A stretch of 64,000 nucleotides of DNA. It comes from Raillietiella orientalis (lineage: Eukaryota). Made by a program: the position numbers and the translations under genes. How positions within the stretch are numbered: the stretch's first letter is position 1; the number at the start of each line of letters is the position of its first letter. The DNA lies in NCBI GenBank assembly GCA_036172245.1, contig JAYWIR010000024.1, positions 868,001 through 932,000 of the forward strand. The letters run 5' to 3'. This document shows, one piece after another, positions 37,750 through 51,849 of this stretch. A model generated the notes under the pieces. It was not told where the DNA came from, did not search any database, and saw nothing but the letters and a program-made list of their open reading frames with translations.

Positions 37750-38720
37750 TCCTTCAAGATCCAGGGAAAAGTGCGTGGGCAGGAAGAACCTCCCTTGCCG
37801 CAGCTGTGCCCTAACTGGAGAAACACATGTGCAGCAGCCTTGCGGCTAAATGGAAATTTCGTGTTAAAATCTCCGCCAGGAGAGGAGAACTGGGAGAGTA
37901 GAGGACGATGGGACAACTTAAAGGCGCTGCGAACCAGAGAACCCTAATTCGAGGACTTTTGCGCTGGGGCGAGCTACTAGGTATTTAGGAGGGAGACCTG
38001 CAGTGGTTCCCAATGCTTTTGGACACACACACTTTTATTGAAGTGGCAGGAGTCGGCACTGATGCTGCTGTACTGGAGCTTCCCGTGCAACGCCTGCCAA
38101 TATCACTGGACACGGAGGTGTGTGGACCCAAGCTGTGCGGGGTGCGTGGGAGCGTGAATCCCTTCCACGTCTGCTTGTGGATTGTGTTGTTGCCCTCCAG
38201 CCCTTCTGAGAACTCTTTGCCTCGACCCTGAAATCCCTGGCGGCAACTCCAGGAACGCTCTGAAACCCCTCCTCGTTCGCGACGCCCTTCGGCCGGCAGC
38301 CTCGCTAGCAGCTCTCTGCTGAATACGAGGGATGGTAGCGACGCAGGAGGAGGACCGAGTGATAGGATTCCATTCACTTTGCAGTCCGCTTCATGAAGAT
38401 GGCAACACGACGGCCCCATCTGGAAACGTCATCCAGCAAGAGCTTACCGGATCCTCCAAAGGATGCAGAGGACCGCACCCAGCAGAACGTGATCTCTTCC
38501 CACACACCCCAAATTTGTTTGTTTATTTGTTTGTTTCTTTTTTTTTTCCTTTTTGTTTGCCCCTTCTCCCTTCTGATGCCGTGACGGACCTCATCAGTCT
38601 TTGTACCGGTAACACGGCAAGTTTGTTCTGAAAAGGACGTGGTTGGACCACCGGTCCAACCACAGAGATTATAAAGGTTTATTTTTGTATGAAATAAACG
38701 TCCCAGAGCACCCGGGTGAT
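37750..38720 (+). mobile_element. L1/Tx1-like LINE 3' end (zinc finger, 3' UTR, terminal motif)
   Basis: LKWQESALMLLYWSFPCNACQYHWTRRCVDPSCAGC..ESLPRLLVDC. The segment 38415-38500 is the reverse complement of the 57300-57380 segment. The terminus is AATAAACGTCCCAGAGCACCCGGG. Confidence 0.8.
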
Positions 38721-39849
38721 AATACAGGGGTCTTAACTTGTCTTCCTCCAAAGCTGTCTTCAAGGCAAAGTCCGAGAGACCCGAGAAACCGAAAAGGGGT
38801 GCGCAAGACCGGCGCCGGAAAAGGGGGTTCAGCTCTTGAGGTGCTGAAGAAGCAGCTTGGACCCCAGGGAGGACACGTCACCAGTCAATCACACCTCCAG
38901 GCCCAGGAGAAGCCGCGATTCGTTTTTTTGCTTGTAGTCCCTTTCTTCTCCCTCCTCCCCCCCCCCATTTTCCCCCAGAAGGATCGTCATCCCCTTCTTG
39001 CTCTGCCTTCCTACGTGGAGTGCGTGGAACTGTCTGTCACAAACACAGAGAGAGCTCTTGTCGCTCGAAACCATCTAAGAGGCAACCTTAATCATAAATA
39101 CCATCTTCTTCATTGTGGGAAGGATTTTCGTGACTCTCACGAGGCGCTCGACCGATCAATTGATCCATAAACATACAATTCGCGGGCTCCGCCAGGACCC
39201 AGATTGCTCTCGTGCGGATGAGATAAGCTGTCAAATAAAGAGCTACACCTGACACTTTTATCGTTTTCTCTTCGTGCAAATGTTTCCGTTTCCTCACCGT
39301 AATTGGTGTACCTGACTCCACGGCTGTGACCGCCTGCCGCAATTCTGCACGGATGCCTCTTTCCCGAGAAGTGGCCGGTAATTTGAAAGGAAAAACCCAT
39401 GGGTTGCTTCTTGTTCCAGACGTAAATAAGCAGAAGAACAAGAGCTCGTTTTCATTAGGTTCCCTCACAAGAGCACTCAAATGGTTCTCCGGAAGATTGC
39501 ATGCCCGAGACGGTTGTGGACCAGGACGGTGCACGTGTTGTACTGTTGAGGCAAGCGTCTCCCCCTCCCAGGAGACCGTGCTTCCACGACACTTCTTGGA
39601 GGCAGTGGCGATGAGGGTCGCCGCATCCCACACCGAGGAGGAAACTCCCGACTCGAACGACGACACCGAGGACAAGAGGATAGCACGAGTGAATTCCTCT
39701 CCTTCTCGCGACGCGGGAAAGAGATTCGGAAAGTAAGCAAAGCTCACGGTGGTGCTGAGTGGAATGGAAAGGAGGAGGAGGGAGGGAGAAATTACGACTA
39801 ATGAAGCGATTTATCTTTTTCTGAGCGGTCGTCTTGGTTGCCGAGACCC

Positions 39850-40400
39850 AACATCTCACTCCAAGAATCCTGCCCGTAAACCAGAGCGGCAGATGCATCT
39901 TGCGCCTACCGCTCACCCCATCCACGAGGAGATTTCGAGTTCTTCTTCGGGCGTTTTACCAGTCAGCAACCAGAAAGATCCTCCTCCTAGAAAGACAGCA
40001 GGAAAAGCAGGAGCTATTCCATCCACCTTCCAACGAGATGCTCGCTTCCGAAGACAAAACCCGGAGATGGTGCTACATTTTTCTCGATTCCGTGAACCAA
40101 GAACGATGGAATGCAAGTGTTGGCTGATGGCAGAAAAGTTCCGTGTGTCCGTGCTCGTGGGAGAAGAGCAGCCTTGCTGGTCTCACACATAACGCGGAGT
40201 GGTCAGGAGGGAACCAATGCTGTCGGGCCTTCGTCCATCCCGTCCTGCCTACATGCTCATCCTTCCCGATTGCCGGAAATCGTCAATACCGATCGTCACT
40301 CTACTCGTCCACGCACGACCCCTTTCCAACGCTCTCTCCATCCTTCGTCCGCCATTGTCTACCTGAGACCCTCGCCACGCGAGACTTTGAAGATGACTTT
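39850..40400 (+). mobile_element. LINE RT/post-RT fragment
   Basis: VLLRAFYQSATRKI (cf. L..F...SG.KIN) and RARGRRAALLVSHI (cf. LS..GR..L). Confidence 0.3.
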
Positions 40401-42654
40401 TGCTGGATTTACTTGAAACTCTTCACACCCTCTTGTCCAGCATTTTTCCTTTTCTTGCTTCCTCTTCATCTCTCTCCCTGTCTGTGAAGGTGCTACCTTC
40501 ATCAGAATTCACCGACGGCCAATCATATGGACCCACTGGCGACTCAAGCGATGAGCGCGGATAAATAGATGAATAGAAAAACTGGGCTGGCGGGAAGTCC
40601 TCCTCAGTTGAAGGGATCTCCCCCCACTGAGGGGAGAACTCCCTAAATTTTCGGCGTTGCACGTCACGTGAAGTCGATCTCCAACAACTTAAACACCATG
40701 TTCGAAGATTCCTGGCTGAGGTTTCTCTCTGGAATGCAATCTCTGGACCAATCATATAATCTTTCTAAATAGACGTCAATGAATACAAATAAGCGAAGTG
40801 GAATTGAAAACCCTCTAAAAATAAAAAATAAAAAAATAATTCACTGGAACATGACTTCGTAATTACAAACCATTCCCTGTGGGAACGGTTCCCAGTGTGT
40901 CTCCTGGGCTGCATCTGATGATTTGCACTCTGAAACACGTCATTCCTTGACGGCGTCACTCAAAGAGAGGCAGGCAAGAGAATGCCTCGTAAAAATTAAT
41001 GGCCGTCCAGAGGTGTTCTGACAGAACAGGCAGAGACAGCGAACGAACGTTGCGCTCCCGGTTCCGGTTTCCTGAAAAGAGAAGGCTGGTGGCACGCGGT
41101 AGTGGCACTTGTGAGAAGAATACAGAAAATGCTCCTGGATGAATTCATATCGACGATGGACGCAGCACGATTCGTAGCATCTCTATGGGATGCTCGCTCG
41201 CTCGCTCGCAGAACTCAGTGCACCAACCCGCCTTCTGCCGAGCAGTGTTTGCTGTTTCAGCTGTGTCAGGACGTCTCTCCATGACCAGGAGAGGGCAGAG
41301 TTCTTCAAGGGCACGGAAGTCCAGGACGCTCTCCTGCCACGTTGCTATGCAAGGCAGGATCGATTCTTTCCCAAGGAGACAACAGATTCGGAACCGGAAG
41401 ATACAGACAGCTGGCAAAACACTACTACGAACTTTGGTTAACACAGTCAGGCCGCGCTGCTGGGGGACCACTCGTCGAAGCCGGCGTTCTTGTATTTCTG
41501 GATTTTTCCTAATGGAGCATGGGGAAAGAAAGAGTCACGGTGCTGTCTAGAAAGCACCCTTTTCTTCGGCAGGCATCTTCGAGGCGCGAGAGAATGTGGG
41601 GAACGGAGCGTTATCTGACCCACGGCATGCTGAATGAGTCGAGGGGTGGAAAACTCGGGTCTGAATGCCTCCGCCAAGTGCTGATAAAACAAAAAAAAAA
41701 TCCTGGAGCTTATCCCGAGAGTTGTGAAACCTGAGGTGACCAGCAAGTTGGGGTCTGGTCCTTCGAGATTAGTCGCTGAAGAATCCAGACTCTGTTCCGT
41801 CTTCCACCAGAGATCGTTCGTGGTGAAAGTCTGAAACGAACAACTTAGAAGCGAGCATTCCCTAAAAATCCCCGTTTGTGTTCTTCTTCCTTAGAAAATT
41901 CGTAATCGGCTTGTTCAGCAGCCAGATTATGAATTCTACAGTTCTATAATTCGCACGGTCCAACCGGTAGTTCTGCAAATAGAGATAGCCGGAAGTCCAT
42001 TAAAAAGAAGTGCTAAAAAAAAAAAAAAAAAGGAACAACGGATCGAAAACGGGATTTCTGGAAGAGAGATAATTCGGTTTTCCTGCTTCTGATCTGTGGG
42101 AAGGAAAAAAGGTCCTTTCTTTTGATGCGAAACAGCCGGCAGTTCCGAGTTTCAATTACTGGGTCCCCCCCCTCCTCAAATCGCCGTAGCCAGGAAGAAT
42201 AAAAGTGAGAAGGCAGCATTCCGAAATCTTTTGTTTCGGGACGCCGGATGCTGGGCCACAGATGCGAAATTCATGCGCGCTTGCCAAGAAAAACGACTAT
42301 GTTTGATGCGCGAACACAGCATTTCGGCGACAGGCACTGATCTTGCGCTCAGCCCCCAGAAATATAGCCGAAGACCCGACTCGAAGTTGAATGGACTGGA
42401 TGGGGGAGGAGGGGGGGGGGGAAGCTCAAACGCGCGCGAATTCCCCATACGAGAGACACCCTCAATCTAGAATTAATTCCTTGTCTCCGGTAGCTCGGCG
42501 TGCTCGGCTGATACCGGTCTCGTTGAAGCGCGCGCTGCGATGCACGCTTTTCTGTCACGTTCGCGTGCCCGTACGCGTCTGTGCTCTTCGCACTCATGAG
42601 GCGTCTACCGTCTTGGTCATATTCATTTGAATTCATTCATTTGAATTTTCCAAA

Positions 42655-42792
42655 CAATAGTAGCAGAAGCAGTCACAGAAGAAAACATAGCAACAGCAAC
42701 AATGCATTAGTAATCATAGCAACGGCAACAATAGTAGCAGTTGGCACAGCAACAGCAACAATAGCAACAACATCGATAATTGCAACAAACAG
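42655..42792 (+). repeat. Degenerate (CAA/CAG/TAG) low-complexity microsatellite
   Basis: Repeated AGCAACAGCAACAATAG units. Confidence 0.85.
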
Positions 42793-44279
42793 CTGGTGAC
42801 GTTTCATGTTTACTTTGGAACTCGAAAGGAAGCAAAAAAAAAAACGCTTCTTCACGACGTCCGAGGGTCAGCACAGAGATTAAGTTTCTGAATGAACCTG
42901 GCTTAAAGCAAAACCAATTACCTCTTGTCGGGATACGTCATCTCGTTGTCGCGACCAATCCAGCTTGTCAAAAACGAGCATTGCCTGCAGATGGATTCTT
43001 GGATAGAGCATTAGGCAAAAGGAAAAAAAAAAGAAAAGAAAAGAAGGAAAACATCAAGATGAACAGATAGTGGACATCCCCTCTGTGGAATCCCGTGTTA
43101 AGGAAAAAACGATGAAGCAAGTAAGGAACCCATCGTCGCTGTTCGTAAAGAGGGAAAAGGTTATGAAAAATTTTTTTCTCGAGTGGTTCACTTAAGGTGA
43201 TCCGAAAAGAGACTCCTTATTTCGCTCAGACCACGGACGGGTGAGTCTGTCTGCCTACCTCGTCAGTGGATCCGAGCGAAGCTGAGGCAGGATTTCTCCC
43301 ACCTGTTTGCCCCCAAGGCAAAGGTTCTTCTCAGGCACCGCCGGATTATACAGAGACAGAAGAAGAAAGCGATGCAGAGTTCCGAATTTCTAGCATTTCA
43401 ACTGGAGGAGTTGGGAAGGGTGGCCGTCCGATCCGGCTGACGTTGACCGCAGATCCAAAACCTCTCCTCATGAGCTTTCTGATCATTTGGTCACGCGAAA
43501 CATAGAGTCTGTTTGCAAACTGCCTATGAGCCGTCTTGCCGCCCGGATGTCTCTGTGCAGGAAGCCAACTGGCCTCTTATTCCCGCCAGAGGGAGAAACT
43601 CCTGCCTGACGCATTTTATGGGGCAAAGACCATCTGAAACGACGGGGAATTCGAAACGGGAACGGGCAGCGTGGACTTGAAATATGTGCCCACTTTCGAG
43701 CTGGAGACCGCTTGCGCGACTGCCTCGCAGACTCAATGTGGTGAACAAGCTGAAAGGCCTCATTCGCCAGACCTCGGCGATCGTGAAACGAAAAGAGAAG
43801 GTGTCTCTTTGCGCGGACCGAATGCTGTCCTGCAACGGGGAAGAGCACGCTCTCGAGGATGGCTGCTGCTGTAGAGAGAGGAGCAGATCGGGAGCAAATA
43901 GATCCAGGGGTGCCATTTTGCGAAGAGAAGAGGAAAGGAAAAGAACAAGAGAAACGCAGTCGATACAGCTCGGAATATTTGCTTGCCCGAGGACGAGTTC
44001 CGTTCCGCAAAACGACCGGATCATTTGTGACGTCATCAAAAAATTGTTGGTGTCCTAGCTGGAGTCACATTTCCCGACCTGCACCAGAAGACATCTGGAA
44101 GCATTTTCAAGATGATGGAGAAGCATCCTCCTACGGATCGCCGATCATAAACTAAAAGTCAAATTAAAATGAACAGCCAAGGAGAAGATTCGGAGACGGA
44201 AAAGGTGAGCGACGATCTTTCAAGTCGACGTCTGCGGCACGCGCATGCATGTGCCCACGAGCTCGTGTGCAGTGACACG

Positions 44280-45540
44280 CACCTGTTTGCAAGATGCTCT
44301 GGTCTTCACATCCAGGAGCAGACACGGCCGGCCTCCTTGCCGGATGGAATGTTCCAGTTCCTGAAGAAGGGAAACTCCTTAGCTACGGCAACGCGAGATG
44401 CTCTTCGAGGAATTCCTTGGAATGTGGGTCCAGACGTTGCCGGATGCACATACACATACACGAGCTTGTAGATAAGCAACTGAAAATAATGCAATCCTCT
44501 GCATCCAGGTAGGCGCTTATGAGAACACGTGCATCCCATAAGATCACCTTTCTCCCCAACCTGGGTTCTTTTTCAAGACAAAACGGGGAGACCGAGACAG
44601 GATTGGGAGGGAAACATCAGCACGTGCTTGCATCTTCTGTAAATGTCTCCCGATAACGCTGCATCTCAGACTGTTGAGGGGGAAGGGTAGGAGTTGAGCC
44701 TCTGTCCCACGGTCAGCAGTCTCGAATCCAACGGACCAGAGATTACGTGCGTGTAGGAAGGGATGTGCTTTTCATGCCAGTGCCGCCTTCGCCGAGGCTC
44801 CATGCATCATCAGCATCAGCGAAGGTGGAGGGAGAGTAATGACTCTGTGGTGTCCCGGGAGGGAAAAGGGACTGAAAAGGGAAGGGGGAAAAGGAGAGAG
44901 AGGAGCATGAGGGAGGAATTCGAATGCGTTCGTCATGGCGACGACGCCAGCAGTCTCTGGAGCTTTGAAGAGTCGAGCTCAGGAAACAGTGATCGCTGGG
45001 AGCTTGGCGACCTCCGAGGATCCTCAGGATTTCTCACCGGTCCGTCCGAAGCGCGCCATCGAAGACACGAACGAGTTCTCGGTGAAAGTCACCTCGATCC
45101 CATCTCTCCTAGGCAACCGGTAGGAAAGAGGATTTCTGCACTCAAGATTGATGCTGGCGCGTCCCAATCATTCCTGGCCTCCGAGCACATTCTATGGGTC
45201 GCCAACCGACCGAACTTTCAGGCTAGCTTTAACCAGCCTAGCAAGACGGTAATGATGGAGTCATCCTGAGCGATGACTGCAGCTTCCACTCTTAAACAGG
45301 AGACGGAAAAGAAAGTGTCATCTCCTCCGCATCTCCTGAACGTTCCCGCACCCTGCCTCTCTGCATCGTGGAAATCGTGTCCGCTGGAGATCTTTTTAAG
45401 ACTTCTGAACATCCTGGACGTCACGAGATGCTTTGCTCTCTCTTACTTACCGAGGTTCGGGACTGCCTCCATCCCGTTCGATCTTCTCAACATCCTCCCA
45501 ACTATTTCTCCTCTGTTCCTTCATCCAGCTACTAGCTCGG
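44280..45540 (-). mobile_element. Decayed LINE RT and post-RT remnant
   Basis: Minus RVRERSGD (cf. GVRQGD), IAQDDS (YADD position), LLIYKLVY and QGGRPCLLLDVKTR (cf. GGL.L.D), in the expected order. Confidence 0.4.
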
Positions 45541-45732
45541 GATCGAGCTGACCCGCCGCGAGCTCGAGGTCTCTCTCCACTCTCTTCCTCGCTCCCGTGG
45601 AGACCGCAGCCAAGCGCCGGTACTGCGAGGCGCTGGGTGGTGTCGGGGTGGGAGAGAGACAGAGGGAAGAAGAAGGGGGAGGGAGGGGGGAAGATCGAAA
45701 CGTCTCGTGAGAGCTGCAAGAGACTACGCGTA

Positions 45733-48700
45733 GAGGGAGGCAATGGGGACGGCGGGTTGAGTGGGCGGGGAAAAGCGCGCTTCAGGCATTCAGTCGCTTC
45801 GAAAGCCCTCGGTCTTCCGCAGCCGGCTCATCCCCTGGTCTTTCTTCCTCCCTCCCTCCTTTTTCCCTCCCCCTCCCTCGACCCCCTCTCTTTTGGCCAG
45901 GATGCCGGGGAAGCATCGCGCATGGACTGCCCGTATCCTCGGGGCTGGGGAAGGAAAGGAGAAAGGGAACGCGAGCGCACCGAGGAGCCCTCTAATTAGG
46001 GAGAAGGGGACCGTGATCGTGCGCGCCCTCCCTCGTCGGGGAGAATGAGGAGGCACCAGCCGCGTACGAGCGTTCTGGCGCCATGGCTCAGATCGATAAC
46101 CTCCTTGCCCTTCGAGGGCCCGTCACCTGAGGCGAGCGCGCGTGCGCGTCTCTTGGAGAAACAGGAAGGAAGAAAGGGGACAAGGGGGTCGAGATCAGGT
46201 ACGCAGCCGCTGCGGGGTCCGGTCGCTCCCGTGATTAACCGATCGCCGTTCCGCCTGGGAAGGAACAGCAGGAAAAGGGGGGAGAAAGGGACTTGGTCGC
46301 CCTTCCCGGGGGACAGATACCCCTGGCGGAAACTCGCGCTTCCTCTCCCAACCGATAGCGCCGAGGGTCAACAAGAAGGAGGCGCGAACACCCAAGGGGT
46401 CTCCTCCTACCGTCAGCTGCTCCACCCCATCATCTCCTACCGGACCGCGGACTCCATCCTTCTCCGCCATGTATCTCTCTCCCTTCCTCTGCTCCCCTTC
46501 TCTTCGGATCCCTTCCCAAAGCCGCAAGTGGTGGTGGTGGGGAGAGAGGGGGATGAGCGAACGTAGCACTTTCGGAGACCAAGCGGACGACTCATTCAGA
46601 GGTCGACCTGAACGGAAGGGGGCGTCCTCCTCCTCTTCTCCCCTCTGACGGAACGGGAGTGGAGCGGCCGTCTCCCCTTGAGGGAGGGACGCGCTTCCCG
46701 ATAAGGGGAGGAACCCGGAAGGCGCGCGGGCGACGCTCCTCCTGCCGGTGGACGGCCGGTCGAAGAAGATGGTATCGGACGGTGGTGCTGCGGGGTCAAC
46801 GACAGCGGGGTCGGAGTGAGTGGAAGGGAGGGCCGGAAGATCGAGGCGTAGCCTCCCTCCCCGCCTTCGGTGCCTCCCGCTCGCCGCTCGAGGCAGTCGA
46901 GGACTGCGGGAGAAATTCGGCGGCTCATCCTAACGTCTCCTCCTCGGCCGCTCCTAACGCCTGCAGGACTACAGGTACAGGAATAAGCCTTTCGACATGC
47001 TGGACTTATCTCTGGTCTTCCTTGAGGACCTCTCTCTCGGATGGCGGTGCAGTTTCACCTCGGGATCTTGCAAAGAAGTAACGGCGTCGGAGATGTCTCT
47101 CCTGGCCGGCGTTTCGATTCGCGTTCCTGAAAGCGGAGCAGGAAAGGGACGCCTCAGGAAAAGCGGAGTCAGGCAAGGAACAGAAGAAGAAACAACGGGG
47201 GAAGAAACGGCTGGAGGAGGAGCCGGAGAGAGGATCGGAGCCAGTTCCCTCTCGCTTTCCATGCTCGCGATAGGTGGCTTTCCGACCATCCCGCACCCGC
47301 CTCTCTCCAGAGTGGTGCCGTCCATGCTTTCAGGTGCGTCCCTTCCCGCGCTTGACAGCCACGCTGCTCTCCCGCGCGAGGAAGGAAGGCGGAGAAAGGG
47401 GAAGAATGGGAGTAAAACCGATTATCCACGCATCGCCGCGCTTTCGAAAAGGACTGGTCCTCGCGTGCCCCACATACAAAGGTGCGGCACCCGTCGCTCA
47501 TCAATCGGCAGCTCCTTCAAAGGAGCGATTGCCTTCCTTCCCCCCTCTCTCTCTTCTCTCAGAGGGGAGAATGAGGGTGCTGATCCCCTTCAGAAGAGGT
47601 GGTCGGACGCATAGCGCTCAAGGAGGCTGCTGCACCTTGACGAAACCTCTGCCGGTGCTGCCTCCGTTGCTGGTGTGAACTACGTGTGATCAGGTCAGCC
47701 AACGCCGACTAGTTTGCTGCTTTTGCTCACACAATGAAGGTCCAGTGGAGGGAGGGAGAAGAGGAGTGCCATCCTTCGACTCGCTTTCATTCCCGAAGCT
47801 GGGAAAGCGCGTTGCCACGGAGTGCTCCTGGGTGCGTTCCTCGACCATGCGCAGTCCGCGCACTTGTCAGGGGATAATGGGAGAGGGGCTGAGGGGTGTG
47901 TGTTTATGGTGCACTCGTTCAGGACTCCACAACCGCGGGGAAGAATGACCCCGGAGGCAGGGAGAAGACAGTGCTCAAACCGCCTGCACCCTCCGGGAAG
48001 TTTGAACCGACTTGGGCGCACTCCGTGGCTGCTCGTGTTCTCCAAAAATGGAGCCATCCTTCTGGGGCGAGTAGCTTTGGGTGCCTTTTGTGCGTGTGTG
48101 TGTTTGGAAGGGGTAAGGTTCTCCTAGGAGAGAAGAGAGAGCAGCGGTTGTCCTGGAGACAGGACAAGCAGCAACCATAAGATCTGGAATGATCCTGGAC
48201 GTGGAAATTTTCGGTCGGATTTTCGGTCGGTTCTTTTCACCTTCCTCCTACCCCTCCTTTGGGTAGCACAGTTATCTCGGAGGAACAAGGAAATTCGATA
48301 ACATTCTGGATTCTCCAGGGATGAAGAACAGCTTCGGAAACGGGATTAAGAAATCCTCTGTTTCAGGCGCACTACACCCTCGTGTGTTGGCCGAACCCCA
48401 GAGGGAAGATTGACGAAAAGTCTGAAAGCCGAAGAAGCATCTGCACAGCATCACCTACAGATCGTGATTCTTGTTGGCATCCCAAGCAAAATTTTGACCT
48501 CTTGTGAGGACTCTAGGGTACATGAGCGTGCGCTGCCGAGGGAGGCAACAGGGGCGGCAGGTTGCGTGGGCGGGGAAAAGCGCACGCTTCAGGCGTTCAG
48601 CCGCTTCGAATGCCCTCAGCTCCTCGCAGCCGGCTCATCCCTTGGTCTCTCTCCCTCATCCCTTCCCCTCCGCCTCTTTCAACCTCCCCTTTTTTCTTCT

Positions 48701-48740
48701 CGGTCACTGCAAAAGCATCGCCCATGGCCTGCTCGTATCC
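45733..48740 (+). repeat. Diverged direct repeat, ~205 bp units at 45733-45938 and 48538-48740
   Basis: Shared GAGGGAGGCAA..GTGGGCGGGGAAAAGCGC..GCTTCAGGC.TTCAG.CGCTTCGAA.GCCCTC..CGCAGCCGGCTCATCCC.TGGTCT, then a pyrimidine tract, then AAGCATCGC.CATGG.CTGC.CGTATCC. Confidence 0.9.
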
Positions 48741-50482
48741 AGTGCTCATCCCGCTCCGCTTCAGAACCAGAATGGATCCCTGAGATTCACCTTTGTATTT
48801 GTTTCATGACAGGTGCTTCGGTGCACTTGTCGCCGCAGGCGTTTCCGAAGTGCCGGTTGCCAGGGTGCTCTGGTTGGCACAAGTTCCTTGGCCGGTCAGG
48901 AAGCGACTCCATCACCTCCGTATAACCCGTGAACGTTCCGAAGCGTCGCCGCTCAGCGTCTCCAAGGAAACATGAAACGTGAAGAGCGTTTCAGGCCTTT
49001 CAGGTATTGTTTTGGTAGCAGACAGGTAGACAGCGCATGAGCTTTTGACGCCATCGTCGTCCTTTCTACAGCGCACCCCACTACGAATTTTTCAGTTTAT
49101 TCTTTCTGTTTCCATATTTCCGACAGTATCATATATTTTTTTTTTTTTTTTTACCTCTTCATCCTTCACCAAAAAACACACAGAGAGTCCGAGCGCAAGG
49201 CCGAAATTCCGAATTCTCTTCATACAGCCACACCCACCACGTAGCCGTACTACATCGGTAGCATCACAGGAGAAGCGCTTTTTTTACAGCTTCCGGAAAT
49301 TTCACCAGAAATGAAAAGGGAGAGGGAGAAGCCAGGCACAAGATGTTTTAGTGAGTCTTCGGAGATGATGCATCACCTTGTTTGCCTTCCAGCTCCGGAT
49401 CTTTTATCCGGAAATCTCCTTTGTTTGCATTACGGACTGCTGATGAATGGACTTAGACTCCCGGAGATGGATGGAAGGAGGGGGGAGGAAGGTGCCGACG
49501 TGACAGCATGCTTCAGGAGACCAGAAGGAAGCCTTTCCATCCCCAAGCTAACGCAGCCGACGGGTTGCGGAGGACACTGCAAGGAGAGAGGGGGGAAGTC
49601 GGAGAGCGGGTCACGTGCGCGGAAACGAAAGGATGGACACCATCCTTGAGATGCAGAGTGATCGGAACCGAGTGCTGCTGGTACCTGCGTGCACACACAC
49701 ACGCGTGACCTTCCATGAGCCACCGCTCCACGGGGTCTTCCACCGGAAAGGGAACCGCGGTCTTTTCCGCACATATTTTAGAATGTGGTGAAAGAGGAGG
49801 AAGAGCCAACTGCGGGAGCGAATAACCGCGCTTGGAACCTCCCGCGATGAAACGCGACATCGAAAGCGAAGGCAACTTTTCTCGCCCCGGCGTTGCCAAG
49901 CAACAGTAATCACAGACCTGAAAAAAATCCTCCAGATGATCAAAGCAAAAGAGAGTGGCGGGATTCTTCTCCGCTCCGGAATCTCCGCCGATGGTCAGAG
50001 CCACACATGAATACCGGCGTCTTTGGCACGGCAACGATTCGCAGCAGCCAATCTCGCTAATGCTAAAACCACTCTCCATCTTCTTCCTTCTATGTAGACT
50101 GCATCAATTTTCCAATCTCGTAAAAGTTCCTAAGAGGAGTCTGATTGGCCGATTCGCATCACCGATTGAAAACTATCGCGAAAAGAAACTTTTTTTTTTT
50201 TTAAGTGCTGCGTCGGAAAGGCTGGGAACCACTGTGGCGCGAATCGGGATTTGAACGATTTTCAGGAAGCTTCCCAAAGGAAGAGAAGCCAGCCAAACGG
50301 GGGGTGTACGGCGCCACAGACCGCGTCCGGAGACGGCGCGCGCGCGCAGCATTTTCCAGCAATGGGAATTTCATCGCGCGCTGGCAGCAATTTCCCACCG
50401 TTGGAAAATGCCTTTGAGTTCGGACTGATCGGAGTGAAGGATTAGGCGGATGCAAATCGAGGCGCCACTTGAGTGGGGATCA

Positions 50483-50515
50483 GGCGGCGGCGGCGGCGGC
50501 GGCTGTGGTGGTGGT
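50483..50515 (+). repeat. (GGC)7 plus (GGT)n microsatellite in a CpG-rich island
   Basis: Read directly from the sequence. Confidence 0.95.
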
Positions 50516-51029
50516 CGCTGGGCGTTTGCCGCGGCGCGAGTGTTTTTCCGACCCGGAGGACGCTTCCTGTCGGATGGCACAGCCCCGGATTCGCGCGAAC
50601 GGAACGAGCGAGCGCGGACGACAGACCCGCGGCGTATCCCGCGGGTTCGGTGGGCGGGCGGGCGCCTCTCGCCATCCTCCGCGGCGAGGCGCCGCTATCT
50701 GCCACCCCCTTCCCACTTGGGAACGCGGCAGAACGCCTTCCTTTCGATTCCTCTCCCTTTCCTATTCGTGTCGCCTCGCCTGGAGATGGGCCACACTGCT
50801 CGTTTGCGTGAGGCAGACGCTCAAAATGAGATGAGCACTCCTGCGGAAGAGCGTGAGCGCTGCTGCTCGCTCTTCTCCCCGCTCGCATCAGCAATCGCGC
50901 TGGAATGAGAATGCTGCTGCCGCTCGAACCTCTCAGAGACCAGAGGGTCAAGAATGCTTCATTCTCCGATGGACGTAGCCTGCACGCGCGATGGGTTTCT
51001 GGTCCTGCTCTTAGATTTTCCTCTCCCTG

Positions 51030-51835
51030 TCTCTCTCTCTCCTCCCTCGTTTCTGGACTTTCTAATGGAGACTTCCACGATTAAGAGCTCGGCCGACAAT
51101 TCCAGCAGGATTGTGGCTTTTCGGCATCTTTGGATCCGGAACAAGTTCTTTCGTGAGTATCTTCAGGGTTTCCACGTTTGCCATCCGACGTCTGAGAAGC
51201 TTTCCTGGTATCCGGAAGATCATTCCAGCTTTTAGAAGTGGCGCTTCAGAACCACACGCTCGTGTCTTTGTGCCATCTTGAAGGAAGCTTCATGGGGAAA
51301 GCAGGGACGAGCGGTGGAGGAGGCATGCAAAGGGATCGAACGTTGAAGGTCAGTTCAATGGAAATGGAAACATCGCGGCTGACTGCCTGATGATAGCCAC
51401 CGGAGTCATCAGGGAGGCGGCGCGACCCGAATCTCCCTTTCCTTCTTCCTTGCCGTTCGCTGCCATTGCCTTCCGCGATGGTTTCCTGCTGGTTGCATCA
51501 TGCATTTGCCCGCGCGTTCTTGTCACTCCAAGCAGCCGCACGGCAAAGGGGAAAATCCTGCTCGAGTCCCTCAGAAGTAAAGGGGTCCGTGCTGATCGAG
51601 ATGGCAGGAAGCTTTGCTCGCCCTTTTCTGGAAGCGAAAGGAAAAAAGAACCGTTCTGCATCCCCTTCCTCCGTTCCCTTTTTTTTGGAAGCCGGCCTGC
51701 GGGCCGGTGGTCATCCCGGATGAACTTCTTTTTATGGCTTTTCTTGTTTTTTTCCTGGGGGTACATATCCCCTGAAACTTGTAGGTTGTTTTGTTTTTTT
51801 AACGAAATAAACGTTCCGGCGTGACCGGGTTAAAT
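51030..51835 (+). mobile_element. Decayed LINE 3' end with family terminal motif
   Basis: QDC..FRHLW and CHLE remnants; terminal AATAAACGTTCCGGCGTGACCGGGTTAAA at 51806-51834. Confidence 0.5.
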
Positions 51836-51849
51836 CCTCTTCCGCTCTC

